Below, piece by piece: positions 1 to 13,000 of a DNA stretch of 52,195 bases (positions within the stretch are counted from its first letter, which is position 1; each line of letters begins with the position of its first letter). The position numbers and the translations under genes were made by a program. Source of the DNA: Chiloscyllium plagiosum (Eukaryota); assembly GCF_004010195.1 (NCBI RefSeq), contig NC_057719.1, forward strand, positions 65,813,702 through 65,865,896, read 5' to 3'. Below the pieces are notes generated by a model that saw only the letters and a program-made list of their open reading frames with translations, did not search any database and was not told the origin of the DNA.

Positions 1-323
1 AGAATGTGGCCTGGAAATAGAAATGTTCAGAATATATGCTGAGTAGAAATCTGCAACAAAGTCTGAAAGCATTTTTACAATGAAATAAATTTCATAAAAT
101 CTACATCGATAAGTATCACCAGCCCTCAATTTATTCCTGTGAATGTGTATCATCCATTTCTTTCTGGCTCCAAGCTTCACAAGTCAGAAACATTTATCCA
201 AATCTAATATCTTTCCTAACTTCTTCAACAAAATTCGGCACCTCCACTTTTATCAGTTCATTTGGCAGAATAAGGAACAATGAATTGCTTTCAATATTTT
301 CACCTTTGTGCTCAGGACCTTTC

Positions 324-1903
324 ATCATAGAGTTACAGAGATGCAGCAGAGAAACAGACCCTTCGGCCTGACTCGTCTATGCCGACCAGAGATCCTAAAT
401 TAATCTAATCTTGTTTGTCAGCACTTGGCCCATAGCCCTCCAAACCCTTCCTATTCATATACCCATCCATATGTCTTTTAAATGTTATAATTGAACCATC
501 CTCCACCACTTCCTCTGGCAACTCATTCCATACACTCACCACCCTTTGCGTGAAAAAGTTGCCCCTTAGATCCCTTTTAAATCTTTCCCCTCTCGCCCTA
601 GACTTATGCCCTCCAGTTCTGGCTCTCAACAACCCAGGGAAAAGACCTTGACAATTTACCCTATACATGCCCCTCATGATTTTATAAACCTCTATAAGGT
701 CACCCCTCAGCCTCCATCGCTCCAGGGAAAATAGCCTCAGCCTATTCAGCTTCTCTCTGTAGCTCAAACCCTTCTGGCAACATCCTTGTAAATCTTTTCT
801 GAACCTTTTCACAATGTCCTGCCTATAGAAGGGAGACTAGAATTGCATACAATGTTCCAAAAGTGGCCCGACCAATGTCCTGTACAGCTGTAACATGACC
901 TCCGTACTCCTATACTCGATGCTGTGACCAAGAAAGGAAAGCTTACGAAATGCCGCCTTCACTATCCTCTCTACCTGCAATTCCATGTTCAAGGAACAAT
1001 GAACTTGCACTCCAATGTTTCTTTGTCCAGCAACACTCCCCAGGACCTTACCATTAAGTTCAAGTCCTGTCCTGATTTACCTTTCCAAAATGCAGCACCT
1101 CACATTTATGTAAGTTAAACTCCATCTGTCATTCCTCGGCCCATTGGCCCATCTGACCAAGATCCCATTGTACTCTGAGGTAACCTTTCTCGCTGTCCAC
1201 TACACCTCCAATTTTGGTGTCATCTGCAAACTTACTCATTATACCTTCTGTGTTCACATCCAAATCATTTATATAAAATGACGAAAAGCAGTGGACCCCG
1301 TACTGATCCTTGTCGCACACTACTCCAGTCTGAAATAAAACCCTTCACCACCAACCTCTGTCTTCTACCTTCAAGCCAGTTCTGTATCCAAATGGCTAGT
1401 TGTCATAGAATTCCTATAGTATGGAAACAGGTCAGCTGTACATTTCTATGACTAAGTCCACACTAACCCTTTGAAGAGTAACCTATACCCCTTACATTTA
1501 CCCCTAAATAATGCACCTAACCTACAAACCCTGAATGCTATGGACAATTTAGCATGGCCAATTCAACTGGCCTGCACATCTTTGGACTGTGGGAGGAAAC
1601 CGGAGCACCCAGAGGAAACCCGTACAGACACGGAGAGAATGTGCAAACTCCACACAAACAGTTGCCCAAGGCTGGAATTGAACCCGGGTCCCTGGCGCTG
1701 TCAGATTGCAGTGCGAACCAATGAGCCATTGTGCTACCTCATGTTCTCCCTGTATGTGATCTAACTTTGCTAACCAGTCTACCTTGAGGAACCTTGTAGA
1801 ACACCTTTCTGAAGCCCATATAAATCACGTCCACTGCTCTGCCCTCATCAATCCTCTCCGTTACTTCTTCAAAAAACTCAATCAAGTTAGTGAGACATGA
1901 TCA
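324..1903 (-). mobile_element. 5'-truncated CR1 LINE (RT C-terminus and 3' UTR) interrupted by a SINE at about 1403-1741
   Basis: ORFs 405-812 (LFSLERWRLRGDLIEVYKIM...[14 protein letters not shown]) and 1129-1320 (SKFADDTKIGG); frameshifted. Confidence 0.9.
1403..1741 (-). mobile_element. HE1-type tRNA-derived SINE
   Basis: Reverse complement matches the copy at 48423 (tRNA head, ggagtttgcacattctcc core, CR1-like tail). Confidence 0.85.
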
Positions 1904-2211
1904 TCTTGCCCCATCTCACCATAATCATTTCTTTGAACAATTAATTCACATATAAGACCATACGACTTGAGAGCAGAATCAGGCTATTCAGCCCACCACA
2001 TCTGCTACACTATTCAGTGAGATCCTGGCTGCTCTGTTAATCCTCAACTTCATTTTCCTGCCTTTTCCTATAACCCATGATTCCATTACTGATTAAATCT
2101 ATTGACTGACATAGATTTTTAATGACCCAGCTTTGACAACTCTATGCAATAATGAATTCCACAGATTCTCAACCCTCCAGGAGAAGAAAGTCTTCCTCAT
2201 TTTTGTCTTAA

Positions 2212-2496
2212 ATGTTTGATCTGACCATACTGTGGCTTTAAGAGATGTAGTTTTGTCCAGGTTTTTTTATTAATGAAGAAAGTTATGTCATTTTCTTAAA
2301 CATTTAGATAGTTATAGTTAAGCCAATTATTTTCTTTTTATTCTGTGTTTATTTTAACTGTATTTGGCTTAAAAGCGAGTAGTTTGACCAATCAGATTTC
2401 ATCTGGAACACAGTGCCTCACACTTACCTTTAATATTAGAAAACATTAGGCCACCTTCTGAATATATTTTTAGGGGCTTTGGTATGGTCCATAACA
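2212..2496. mobile_element. LTR-like insertion inside the CR1
   Basis: Non-CR1 block bounded by tgtt...aaca; CR1 sequence resumes immediately after; no clear TSD. Confidence 0.4.
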
Positions 2497-3305
2497 GCAA
2501 CCTGTATTCTAAGATAATGTTCTCTGGTCTGAGACGCCACAAAGGGAAACAACATTTCCGCACCTAACCTGTCAAGTTCCTGTTGTCTTGTGAATCTTGT
2601 CTGTTTCAATAAGGTCACCTCTCATTCTTAGAAATTCCACTGAGTTAAGCCCAACCTACTCGACCTCTCTACATGAGAACCCCTTCCATATCTGGTATCA
2701 GCCTAGTGAATTTTCTCTGAACTGCCTCCAATGCCTCTACATATTTCCTTAGATAACAGACCCAAAACCATTCAGATTATTCCAGCTATGGTCTGACTAG
2801 CGTAATGTTTTAGAAAAACAAATTAAGAATTCCTAAATTTCTCTTCTGTGATTTTTCTCTATTTAAATAATGTTTCTGTCCATTTAAATAATATTCAGCT
2901 TCTCTATTCTTCCTGGCAAAATGCATAACTTCATATATTCCCACATTATATTCCATCTGCAAAGTCTTTGCCCACTCGCTTAATGTATCTTTATCAGTCT
3001 TCAGATTCTTTGTGTTACCAGTATTACTTGCCTTCTTGTTATTTTTGTCATATGCAGACTAGGGCTACAGTACATTCACTTTCCACATGCAGGATATGAA
3101 TTAATAATTGTGGTCCCAAAACTGACTTTGTGATACTCCATTAGTTACAGTTTGCCATCCTGAAAATGTCTCCCCTATCCCAATTCTGACTTCTATTAGT
3201 TAGCCAATCCTCTATCCATGGTAACTACTACCTGCACATCCTGGGCTCTTTTCTAACTAAGTAGTCTAATGTATGGTGCCTTATCAAGCAGCTTCTAAAA
3301 ATCCA

Positions 3306-3553
3306 TAACTTGGAGGTGCCATGTTGGACTGGGGTGGACAAAGTTCCACATCACACAAAGCCAGGTTATAGTCCAAAAGGTTTATTTGGAAGCACTAGCT
3401 TTCAACAGCATCACTGCTTCGTCAGGTAGTAGTGAAGGTTAAGATGATGATCTTAACCTCCACAACCATTTGATGAAGGAGTGGTCCTCCAAAAGCTAGT
3501 GCTTCTGAATAAACCTGTTGGGCTATAACCTGGTGTTGTGTGATATGTAACTT
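3306..3553. mobile_element. Fold-back remnant of a Penelope-like element (two inverted 3' ends, degenerate hammerheads)
   Basis: Inverted arms around the centre gaaggttaagat-gatg-atcttaacctcc; imperfect TSD taaaaatcca (3296-3305) / taaaaattca (3554-3563); same family as 33951 and 40146. Confidence 0.8.
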
Positions 3554-3937
3554 TAAAAATTCAAATATATTGGATCCACTGCTTTCCATTTATCTATCCT
3601 GCTTGTTATCTCTGCAAAGAATCATAATAAATTTGTCAGTCATGATTTCCACTTCATGAAGTCATGTTAACTCTGCTTGATCATATTATGATGTGGTATT
3701 ACAAACTTTAAAGTAGATTCTAACAACAATGCTGAAAGATTTTCTTCGTCAAGCATCACTATATTTTAGTGGTAGATGTAACCATGCTTCCTGTCTGTTT
3801 GTTTTCATGATAAAGCTGGAAAATAATTGTTTTTACAATGAGCTTCCGTCTTTCTGAGGAGGCTTCAGACCAGTGCAGTCAGGAAGCTGCTCTGAAAGTT
3901 TTCACTTTGACTACTGTGGCAAATTTACACCACTCTA

Positions 3938-5592
3938 TTCAACACAATTCACAACATTGATAAGGTTCTGCATGGTAGACTGATTAGTAAAGTTAGGTGA
4001 CATGGGATTCAGGGTGAGCTTGCCAATTTGATACAAATTTAACTTTACAGTAAGAGACAGAGAATTGTTGTGGAGTGTTGCTTTTTGGACTGAAGAGGCC
4101 TGTGACCAGCACTGTTCCATAGGGATCAGTATTGTTTGTCATTTATACAAATGATTTGACTGTGAAAATATGAGACATGGTTTGTCAGTTGTTAAGTAAA
4201 ATTGGTAGTCTAGTAGACAATGAAGACAATGAAAATTACAAAGAGATCTTGAATATAATTTAGATAAATGTGAGGTGCTGCATTTTGGAGAAACAAATCT
4301 TAGCGGGACTTATATACTTAATGGTAAGGTCCTAGAGCGTGTTACTGAACAAAGAGCCCTTGCAGTGTGAGATATGAGAATGTGTATAGGGTATGAGCAG
4401 GTAGGGAAAGAGTTAAGTTTTGAGTTTTGTAAAACGTGGTTCATGTGAGCATGACTCAGATCAGATAAGAACTTGCATTTAACAATGGGGTGCTGGAGGC
4501 AATGATAATGGGTTAACAAGGTGGCAAAGCATGCTTTATGTAAAGCCATTTAACAATATTGGAAACATTCAGTATATAAGGTCAGTTCACAAGGGGAAAA
4601 GTATCCATTATGTGAAGCCAGTTAAGCAGGTTAAGAACATTCATTGTATTACAGCAGAAGGCTTAATCTCTACTATTGACACTCGCTGATTGTAACGGTT
4701 ATCCAATTAATATATATGTTGCCTTATCTGGATACTCCTCCCTGTAAAATGACTGAATAATTCATTGAGAAGACGGAGAACTCGTGTCTCTGTGCACATG
4801 TGCAATTGTTTTCTCTCCCTCCAGTGCCCTGAATAAAGATGGAGGAGGTAAAACTATACTGTGTCTCTGAGTATTTTTCTTTGAATGAGTGGGGGAACAG
4901 GACAACACACGGTTTCTTGAAAGTAGAGTCACAGGTAGATAGGATAGTGAAGAAGGCGTTTGGTATGCTCTCCTTTATTCGTTAGAGTACGGGGCATTGT
5001 AGTTGGGAGGTCATGTTGCAGCTGTACAGGACACTGGTTCGGCCACTTTTGGAATATTGCATGTAATTCTGGTCTCTTTCCTATTGGCAGGATATTGTGA
5101 AACTTGAAAAGTTCAGAAAAGATTTACAAGGATGTTGCCAGAGTTGGAGGATTTGAGCTGTAGGGAGAGGCTGAATGGGCTCGGGCTACTTACCCTGGAG
5201 TGACAGGAGCTGAGGGGTGACCTTAGAGAGGCTTATAAAATAATGATTGGCATGGATAGGATAAATAGACAAGGTCTTTTCCCTGGGGTGGGGAGTCCAG
5301 GACCAGAGGGCATAGATTTAGGGTGAGAGGGGAAAGATATAAAAGAGACCTAAGGGGTACACTTTTCACACAGAGGGTGGTGCATGTATGGAGTGAGCTG
5401 CCAGAGGAAATGATGGAGGATGGTACAATAACAACATTTAAAAGGCATCTGGATGGATATATGAATAGGAAAGGTTTGGAGGGATATGGGCTAAGTGCTG
5501 GCAAATGGGACTCCATGAGGTTAGGATAACTGGTCGGCATGTGTGCGTTCGACCGAAGGATCTGTTTCACAGCTGTACACCTCTATAACTGT
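3938..5592 (+). mobile_element. 5'-truncated CR1 LINE interrupted at 4366-4907
   Basis: RT remnants; ORF 5323-5529 (RGERYKRDLRGTLFTQRVVHVWSELP); CR1 3' UTR. Confidence 0.88.
4366..4907 (+). mobile_element. Probable solo LTR
   Basis: About 540-nt non-CR1 block with TG...CA ends and AATAAA near 4832, splitting a contiguous CR1 sequence; TSD not clear. Confidence 0.5.
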
Positions 5593-6341
5593 CAATGGGC
5601 TGAGTAGTAGTAGATGGAGTTTAATTTGGACAAATGTGAGGTTTTGCATTTTGGTAAAACAAACAAGCACAGGATTTTTACAATTAATGGTAGGGCCCTA
5701 GGTAGTGTTGTAGAATAGAGACGTATGGATTTAGGTACATAACTCTTTGAAATTTGTGTCACAGGTAGGCACAGTGGTTAAGAAGTCATTTAGCTTGCCC
5801 TTGTTGCTCAGACCTTTGAGTATAGGAGTTGGGACATCAGTTTGGGGCTGCGGAGGATATTGGTGAGGCCTCTTTTAGAGCCTGTTTGTGGTTCTGGTTG
5901 CCTGTTATAGGAAGGATATTATTACACTGGAGGGGGTTCAGAAAAGATTTACAGGATGTTGCCGGGACTTTTTCCAATGGAGCATAGGAAGTCGGGGTGG
6001 GGAAGTTTATAAAATAATGAGGGGCATAGATAAGGTGAGTAACAAAGATCTTTTCCCTAAGGTGGGAGAGCTCAAATCCAGGGTGATTAAAGGTGAAAGG
6101 AGAAAGATTTAAAAAGGACATGGGGGCAACTGTTTTTTAATACAGTGGTAACTGTATAGAATGAACTGCCAGTTGGATTTAGATACAGTTACAATGTTTA
6201 AAAGATATTTGGCGTAAGTACATGGATAGGAAAGGTTTGGAGGGATATGGCCAAACACAGGCAGGTGGGTGTAGTTTTGTTTGGGAACATGATTGGCGTG
6301 GACTAGCTTGACTGAAGGCCATGTTTCCATGCTGTGTGACT
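5593..6341 (+). mobile_element. Second tandem 5'-truncated CR1 LINE
   Basis: ORF 5888-6112 (YRKDIITLEGVQKRFT..EVYKIMRGIDKV); CR1 3' UTR. Confidence 0.85.
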
Positions 6342-6956
6342 ATTTTCCCAATGATATATGTTAAGCTAACTGGTCTATAATTCCTGTTTTCTTTTTGTCT
6401 CCTTCATTTTAATTATGTACCTTCTGCTTCTGGTGTTGAAATTGTGTTTTTCATTTATTTCCGTTGGTGGTTTATCCTCCAATTACTTTGGTCTGTTCCC
6501 TCAAAAGCCTCTCCAATGTCCCTTTGCCAGTCCTTCTGTAAACTTAATTTTTGCTGACTCCTGCTTAATTTCCACATTATTCTTTGTCTTTTGTTATGTT
6601 CATGCAGTTTTCTTATGTTGGAGATGCTACAGAAATGTAGAGTATATTCACTTCCACATTTATATTGCAATATAAGGACAACAGTTTTCAGATTGTCATT
6701 GTTAACTGGGAAGTGGCGATAAGTCTATTTACTATTTGACATCCAGTGGCCTGAAAAATTCAAACTCAAAACCATTTGATGTCTATGGGAAGAAACCATT
6801 TCTCTGAATTTGATGCCAAGCAGAAGAAGGGCTGTGGAGAGTTAGTTGAGGTAAACCATAAAAGTTTAGGAGATTGACATCTTGCTATTGTCTCAAGATC
6901 AATTTTTAAAAAATGAATAATTCTTACCTGTTTTGAATCTAGGATTGCAAGTGATT

Positions 6957-7079
6957 ATGGCATCTAGACATCAAAATGTCAAGCAAGGTATATTATTATT
7001 TGGCATGGAAGATGAACCCATTGAAGAAAGGCAACTTGGTAAAAGGATGCATCCTAATTGTAATGAGACTATGAAAAAG
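6957..7079 (+). CDS. KATNBL1: KATNBL1 first coding exon ([10 protein letters not shown]...NETMKK); exon starts at 6943
   Basis: Acceptor AG at 6941-6942, ATG at 6957, donor gtcagc at 7080; resembles human MASETHNVKK...NKNMKE. Confidence 0.85.
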
Positions 7080-10000
7080 GTCAGCAGAAAATATCTGTAG
7101 AGTTTCACTGTCATATGCATGCTGTTTCCTCAATGTTCTATGTTCAGAATTCTGTTTTTTTTTATTGACCCTGCCATAGGTTCCAGACTGAGTGCAGGGA
7201 AACTGCCCCAAGGTTTCTACAGCTTCAAATTTGTACCAGCCATTTGCGAGTGGTCATAAAGTGACCCAAGGTGATTGACACTTTCTATCAGACTTCCCTA
7301 GTCTTCAGGCAGTGCAAGTGAGACCCCCATATTGCTATGTGTAGACTTGCATTATTTTGTGCTATCTCCCTTCCCAAATCTACCTTTTCTGTTAGTAGCC
7401 TGCAGCTTTTGCAGTTTCCCCCGATGATAAAACCTCACTCTCTACTCTTGCAAGAACTTCCTTATGTTTATGAAGCAAGCTGATTCTGAAATTAATGCCT
7501 GATTGAGCAGAGGACCTGGAGGATCTACTGGAAATTGAAAATTGGATTTGAGGTTTCATGAGTTAAAACATCTTCAAAGTAGAAGCAGGAATTAAAGTAC
7601 TAGAGTCAACTGAATATTGATGCATCTAATCAGTTCTCCTTCAGGGTAATAAAATTTAAATGAGAAAAGTGAGCATGCCTCAGTCTTGATATTCTAAGAC
7701 TCTTGATTCAGTACTGTCCCTTTCAATTATAAAATTAAGAAAAGACGAGAGAAACCATGAAGCTACTGATTCTGAAATTAGGAACAGAGTAACTGAGCTA
7801 TTGAGCAAATATGAACTGATTGGCGAGAGCCAGCATGAAATTGTGAACGTGAGTCACATCAGTCTGAAGTAATTAATTTTTTTTGGATGTTTATAATATA
7901 CCAAATGGAGATGTCTACAGCTGTTAATGGATTTCAAAAGATTTTGGGAGACTTGGTTTATGTATAATGGGTCTGCTTTCTATTTCGAAAGCTATGATTA
8001 GTGCTATCTCAGGACCTCAGCCTTTTAATATTCTTACCTGTACCATGGAGGAATAGAGAGCCAAGTTTGCTGGTGACAGTAATTAGGGTGGAGCAGATGG
8101 GAATAGAATGTTGTCAGGAATATTGATAAGTATATGGCCCAGAATGGGAGTTCAGTATGGGTAACTGCAAGGTAATCCATTTGATTTAGAAAAGGATTCT
8201 TTTCATGTGTACTAACAAATCCCTAATGCTGTTAGAATTTACTACAAAGTATTGCAGTCGCTGGAAATGCTCAGCAAGTCAGGTAGCATTTATGGATAGA
8301 GGAACAATGGCTATTTCAGTTCATTTGACCTTTTATTGAAAGTACGAAAAGTTAGAGGGATGGGCTTTAAGCAACTGAAAAGATTAGGAAGAGAGTTGCA
8401 GAATGATCAAAAGGGAAAATTGGTAGGGTGGAAGATCTAAGTGACAAAAATGATTAGTGGTGCAAGACCAAAGGGATGTAGGTGTGTCTGGAGCAGCTGT
8501 AAATGACAAAAAAGATGAACCACTGCCAGCAGAAACCAAAGAATGAATGAAATACCAACACCAAAAAGGACAAAAAGAAACAATGGGTGCAGAGGTTATG
8601 GTCAACTGATGGCGGTTCACAAAGCCTTTGAGATGAAAAATGATGTACTGTTCTTCAAAATTCCATTAAACCTCAGTAGAATACTGCATGAAGCTGACAG
8701 CAAAGATGTCTGCATGGGAGAAAGGTGGAAAATTTAAAATGATGGCATACCAGAATTTACATACAATTTTAATTTCATAAAATATTCCTATCTGTGCTGA
8801 CTGGAATGTCGCCATCCAGCATAATTCCATTTTCCAACTCTTGTAAGTTACAGTCCTTAAATACGCATTCAAATACTTTTAAATGTAACAAGGGTTCTGT
8901 TTATTATATTTTCAGAAATTGTGTTGCTACTAGTTTCTATGCTTCTCTGACTTTGGGCTTGAGAGGAACAAGTTTCCCACCTCTAGGCCAGCGTGGCACA
9001 AATTGATTGCTAAACTGTCCATTGTCTTTCTGTCACCATTCCATAGCATAGGAAAGGTTAGCCTTCAGACACTTTTCCCATTCAGTGATTTGCCAACAAG
9101 CCTGTCAATAAATCTGCCACTTCTCCTTATCCTCACACCCAGAAATGCAGGTTCTTAAATAGACTGAGAGATTTGTGACAAACCGCAAACTAGCTAATCT
9201 GGTTTCAGATCCACAGCACAGGCCAATAATAAACAAACCTTTGTCTAAAGAGCCTATGGCCCTGGCTCTTACAGATCTTTGTGAAATCACTGAAAGCACA
9301 TCATTTCTCAGAATCTAGGAATGAGTAATGTGTAATAATTGTTTAAAGATCTTGAAACATGACTGATTTGAATTGAGCAAATTCGATTTTCAGTGTTTTT
9401 TGTCTTAGTAATTTCTAGTGATATTAATTATATCTATGCAATATATACATAAAGTTTTAAAAATTATTTTGTCATATTCACTTATCAGAATCGCAGCAGA
9501 CATAAAATAAAATGCTGGAAATACTTAACAGATCTACTGGTAGCTGTTGAGGGGAAAACCTGAGTTAATGCTTGAGATAAATGGTCTTTCATGATAATAA
9601 TTAGAAGAATGCTTTTGTTTCTAGAATTAGAATCTTAACATATAATGCAATATTTTCTGTTATCTAATTCTGGCAATATTTTGAACCACCAAGGTACATG
9701 CAAAATGATGAGTACCCATCTTATTTGGAATCATTAAGTGGTTATGGTGTAGAAAAGGCCATTGAGCCCAATGTGAGATCTTGAAGATTTGTAGCTCAGG
9801 TTATGGATCAGGTTGTCGGTTTACTCACTGACCTGGTGGGTTTGTTTTCAGATGTTTTGTTTTGAGATTGCTGGGTAAAATCATCAGTGAGCCTCCGGTG
9901 AAGCGTTGGTGTTGTCTCGCTTGCTATTTGTGTGATTTTGTTTGTGATGGTGGATGATATTATTTCCAGCTCTGTTTCTGTGAGATTCGTAAATCTAGTT

Positions 10001-13000
10001 ACTGTCCAAATCGAGGTGTTTGTTTGAATGCAGGCCTCTAGGTATTCCGGCGCGTGTCTTTGTTTGGCTTGTCCCAGGATAGGTGTAATATCTCAGTCGA
10101 ACTGGTGTCCTCCTTCATCTGTGTGTATGGATACCAGTGATTGTTGGTCATGCCTTTTGGTGCCTAGTTGGTGCTCATGTATCCTGTTGGCTAGTTTCCT
10201 AGTTTGTCCAGAGTAATGTTTGTTGCAGTCCTTGCAGAGTATTTTGTTGTTACATTTGCTCTGCTGGCTGTAAATTCAGGGTCGTTTAAATTCATCCGTA
10301 GTTGTTTTAGTGTGGAAGGAGGTTTGTGGGCTACCATGATGCCGAGGGGCCGGAGTAGTCTGGTGGTCATCTCTTTGAAGTATGGTAGGGTGACTAGAGT
10401 CTCTGGGCATGTTGTGTCTTCCTGTTTAGGTTGCGCACGAATCAGCGGACTGTGCTCATCAGGTAACCATTATTCCTGAATATGTTGTACAGGTGTTTCT
10501 CCTCAGTTTCTCGTAGTTCCAGGGTGCTGCAGTGTGTTGTGGTTCGTTTGAGTAGTGTCCTTATGCAGCTCTGTTTGTGGGTGTTAGGATGGTTGCTTCT
10601 GTAGTTGAGTATCTGGTCAGTGTGTGTGGCTTTCCTGTGAATGCAGATTTGCAGTTCTTCATTGTTTTTTTGTTCTATAATGACATGCAAGAAAGGGAGT
10701 CGTTTATTGTTCTGTTCCTCTTCGGTGAATTTTATACCAATGAGGATGTTCTTTATGTGTTTGTGAGTTTCTTCTAGCTTGTTGCATTTTGTGATGACAA
10801 AGGTGTCACCCACATAGTGGACCCAAAGCTTAGACTGATAGTGGGGATGGCTGTTTGTTCTCACGTCTGCATAAGTGCTTCTGCTATAAATCCTGCTATT
10901 GGTGATCCCATAGGCATTCTGTAATTTGTTTGTATATCTTGTTGAATATGAAGTGGGTTGTGAGACACAGGTATTGAGGATGTTTTCCTTACTGGTGAAG
11001 TTGGCACTGTCAGGTGTTTGTATCCTTGGTTTGTCCTAAACAGGAAGGCACAATACACCCAAAGACTCTAGTCATTCTACCATACATCAAAGACATTTCA
11101 GAGATGACCACCAGACTACTCCAGCCTCTACACATTATGGTAGCCCATATACCTCCTACTACATTAAAACAACTACTGGTGAATTTAAAGGATCCTGTAC
11201 CTACAGCCAGCAGAACAAACATAACGTACAAAGTATCCTGTAAAGACTGCAACAAACATTACTCTAGACAAACCAGCAGAAACAGCCACCAGGATACATG
11301 AGCACCAACTGGGCACCAAAAGACATGACCCACTATCATTAGTATCCATTTACACAGACGAAGAGGGACACCAGTTCGACTGGGACAGGCCAAACAAAGA
11401 GACACACGGGAAATCATAGAGGCCTGCCATTCAATCCTGAACTCCATTAACAAGCATCTAGATTTGGACCGCACTTACCAACCTCTCAGAAACAACTGAA
11501 ATGACATCATCCACCACCACAAACCAAGGCACATAAATAGCAAGTGGGACAGAACATACACACTTCACTGGAGGCTCACTGAAGATGTTACCTAATATAG
11601 TGACGAAATGTCTGAGAACAAACCAACCCAGCTCAGTGAGTAAACTGACAACTTGATTGAGCCCAATGTTTTTAGATTTTTTTTTCAAACAACCTGTTCA
11701 GAAACACTATGATACCTCTGGAGCTGTTGGAACCTAAACCCAGACCACCTGACTCAGAAGTATGGACATTACCACTATACTACATAAGCCCTAGCCTAAT
11801 GTTTCTTTGTTCTGTCTTTAAGCTGTGTAGCTAATCCTATTCCCTTGCCTTTATCCCATAGTCCTCCAGTAGGTTTTGCTTCAGCTAATTATTCAATTCC
11901 CTTTTGAAAACCAGGATTGAATCATCTGTCTCCACTATACACTCAGTTGCACATTTCTTTGTTCGTATGCAGTGTTTTTGTAAGAGTATACTTGTCTAAC
12001 ACCAATCCGATGAATGGATGCAGACAAGAATTTATTTTGTTGATTTTTTCATTGATAGCATAATCCAGACAAGCTCTTTGATTATCTTCTTATTAAATAT
12101 TGGAGTGCTTTTTTTTCAATAAATTATAGACATAGGTGTAAAGATTTATAAATTCTGTAAATTTTCTTTGTATGTGTTAGCTACATATCTTAAACAAAAA
12201 TGCATGCCTGCACATCTAGTTGTGCCACTAATTTATGTATATATTGCCTGCAAAACCCAGAAGTTAAAAAAAGCGGTATATTTAAAATTCTAGTGGATCA
12301 CATCCTTTAATGAATTAAATCCACAACAGTAAAAACATTCCTAGTTTCAGACAGATACTTCTTTGAAATCTCCTAAGCTATTTGTTGAACTTCACATCAA
12401 GTATTTTGAAAATGTCAGCATCTGGACAACTGATTGTTGGAAGATGCTATATAAAAGTCTTGCTAATTTTATTTCTAGTGATCTGTTGTTATTACAAAAT
12501 TATTAGTTTTTTTTCCAATAAACGAAAAGGCAATCCGAAAGTATTTGAGAAAGATATTGCCTGAAATAAAGCAATTTATAATCACTTTTCTTTTCATACC
12601 AGGTTAGGCTCCCGGAATGCAAAGAGGCGACTCATAAAATTAAAAGGTGAGATCAGTCTTTGATTTAACTTGTTTGTATGATAACACTTGATTGTTAATC
12701 CACATACTGCACTAGACCTGTCTAGGGGTTGAGCCTATTGTAAACAGTAGAACAGGGTCTGCTGCAAACTCAATCTATTTTCATAGTTAAACCACACTGT
12801 AATAGCACATTGAGCTGCTACATCTGAACAAGTGTGAACAGGTAACTTATCGACTCAGGGCAGGAGTGGGAAAATGACTGATTCCTCTGCACAGGGAAGT
12901 CAAAGTTGTCATTAAAGTCAGATTATACAAGCATTCCATGCATTCCTGAAATGAGGATGGAGCAAAGGAACGTTTTTGAGGGGAATAGGAGAGACCCCTT

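Larger units (their letters stand above)
1950..3725 (-). mobile_element. Older degenerate CR1 LINE hosting nested insertions; appears to resume at about 6342-6420
   Basis: taagaccata-type 3' end; RT remnants; similar to the copy at about 43765-45050. Confidence 0.7.
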
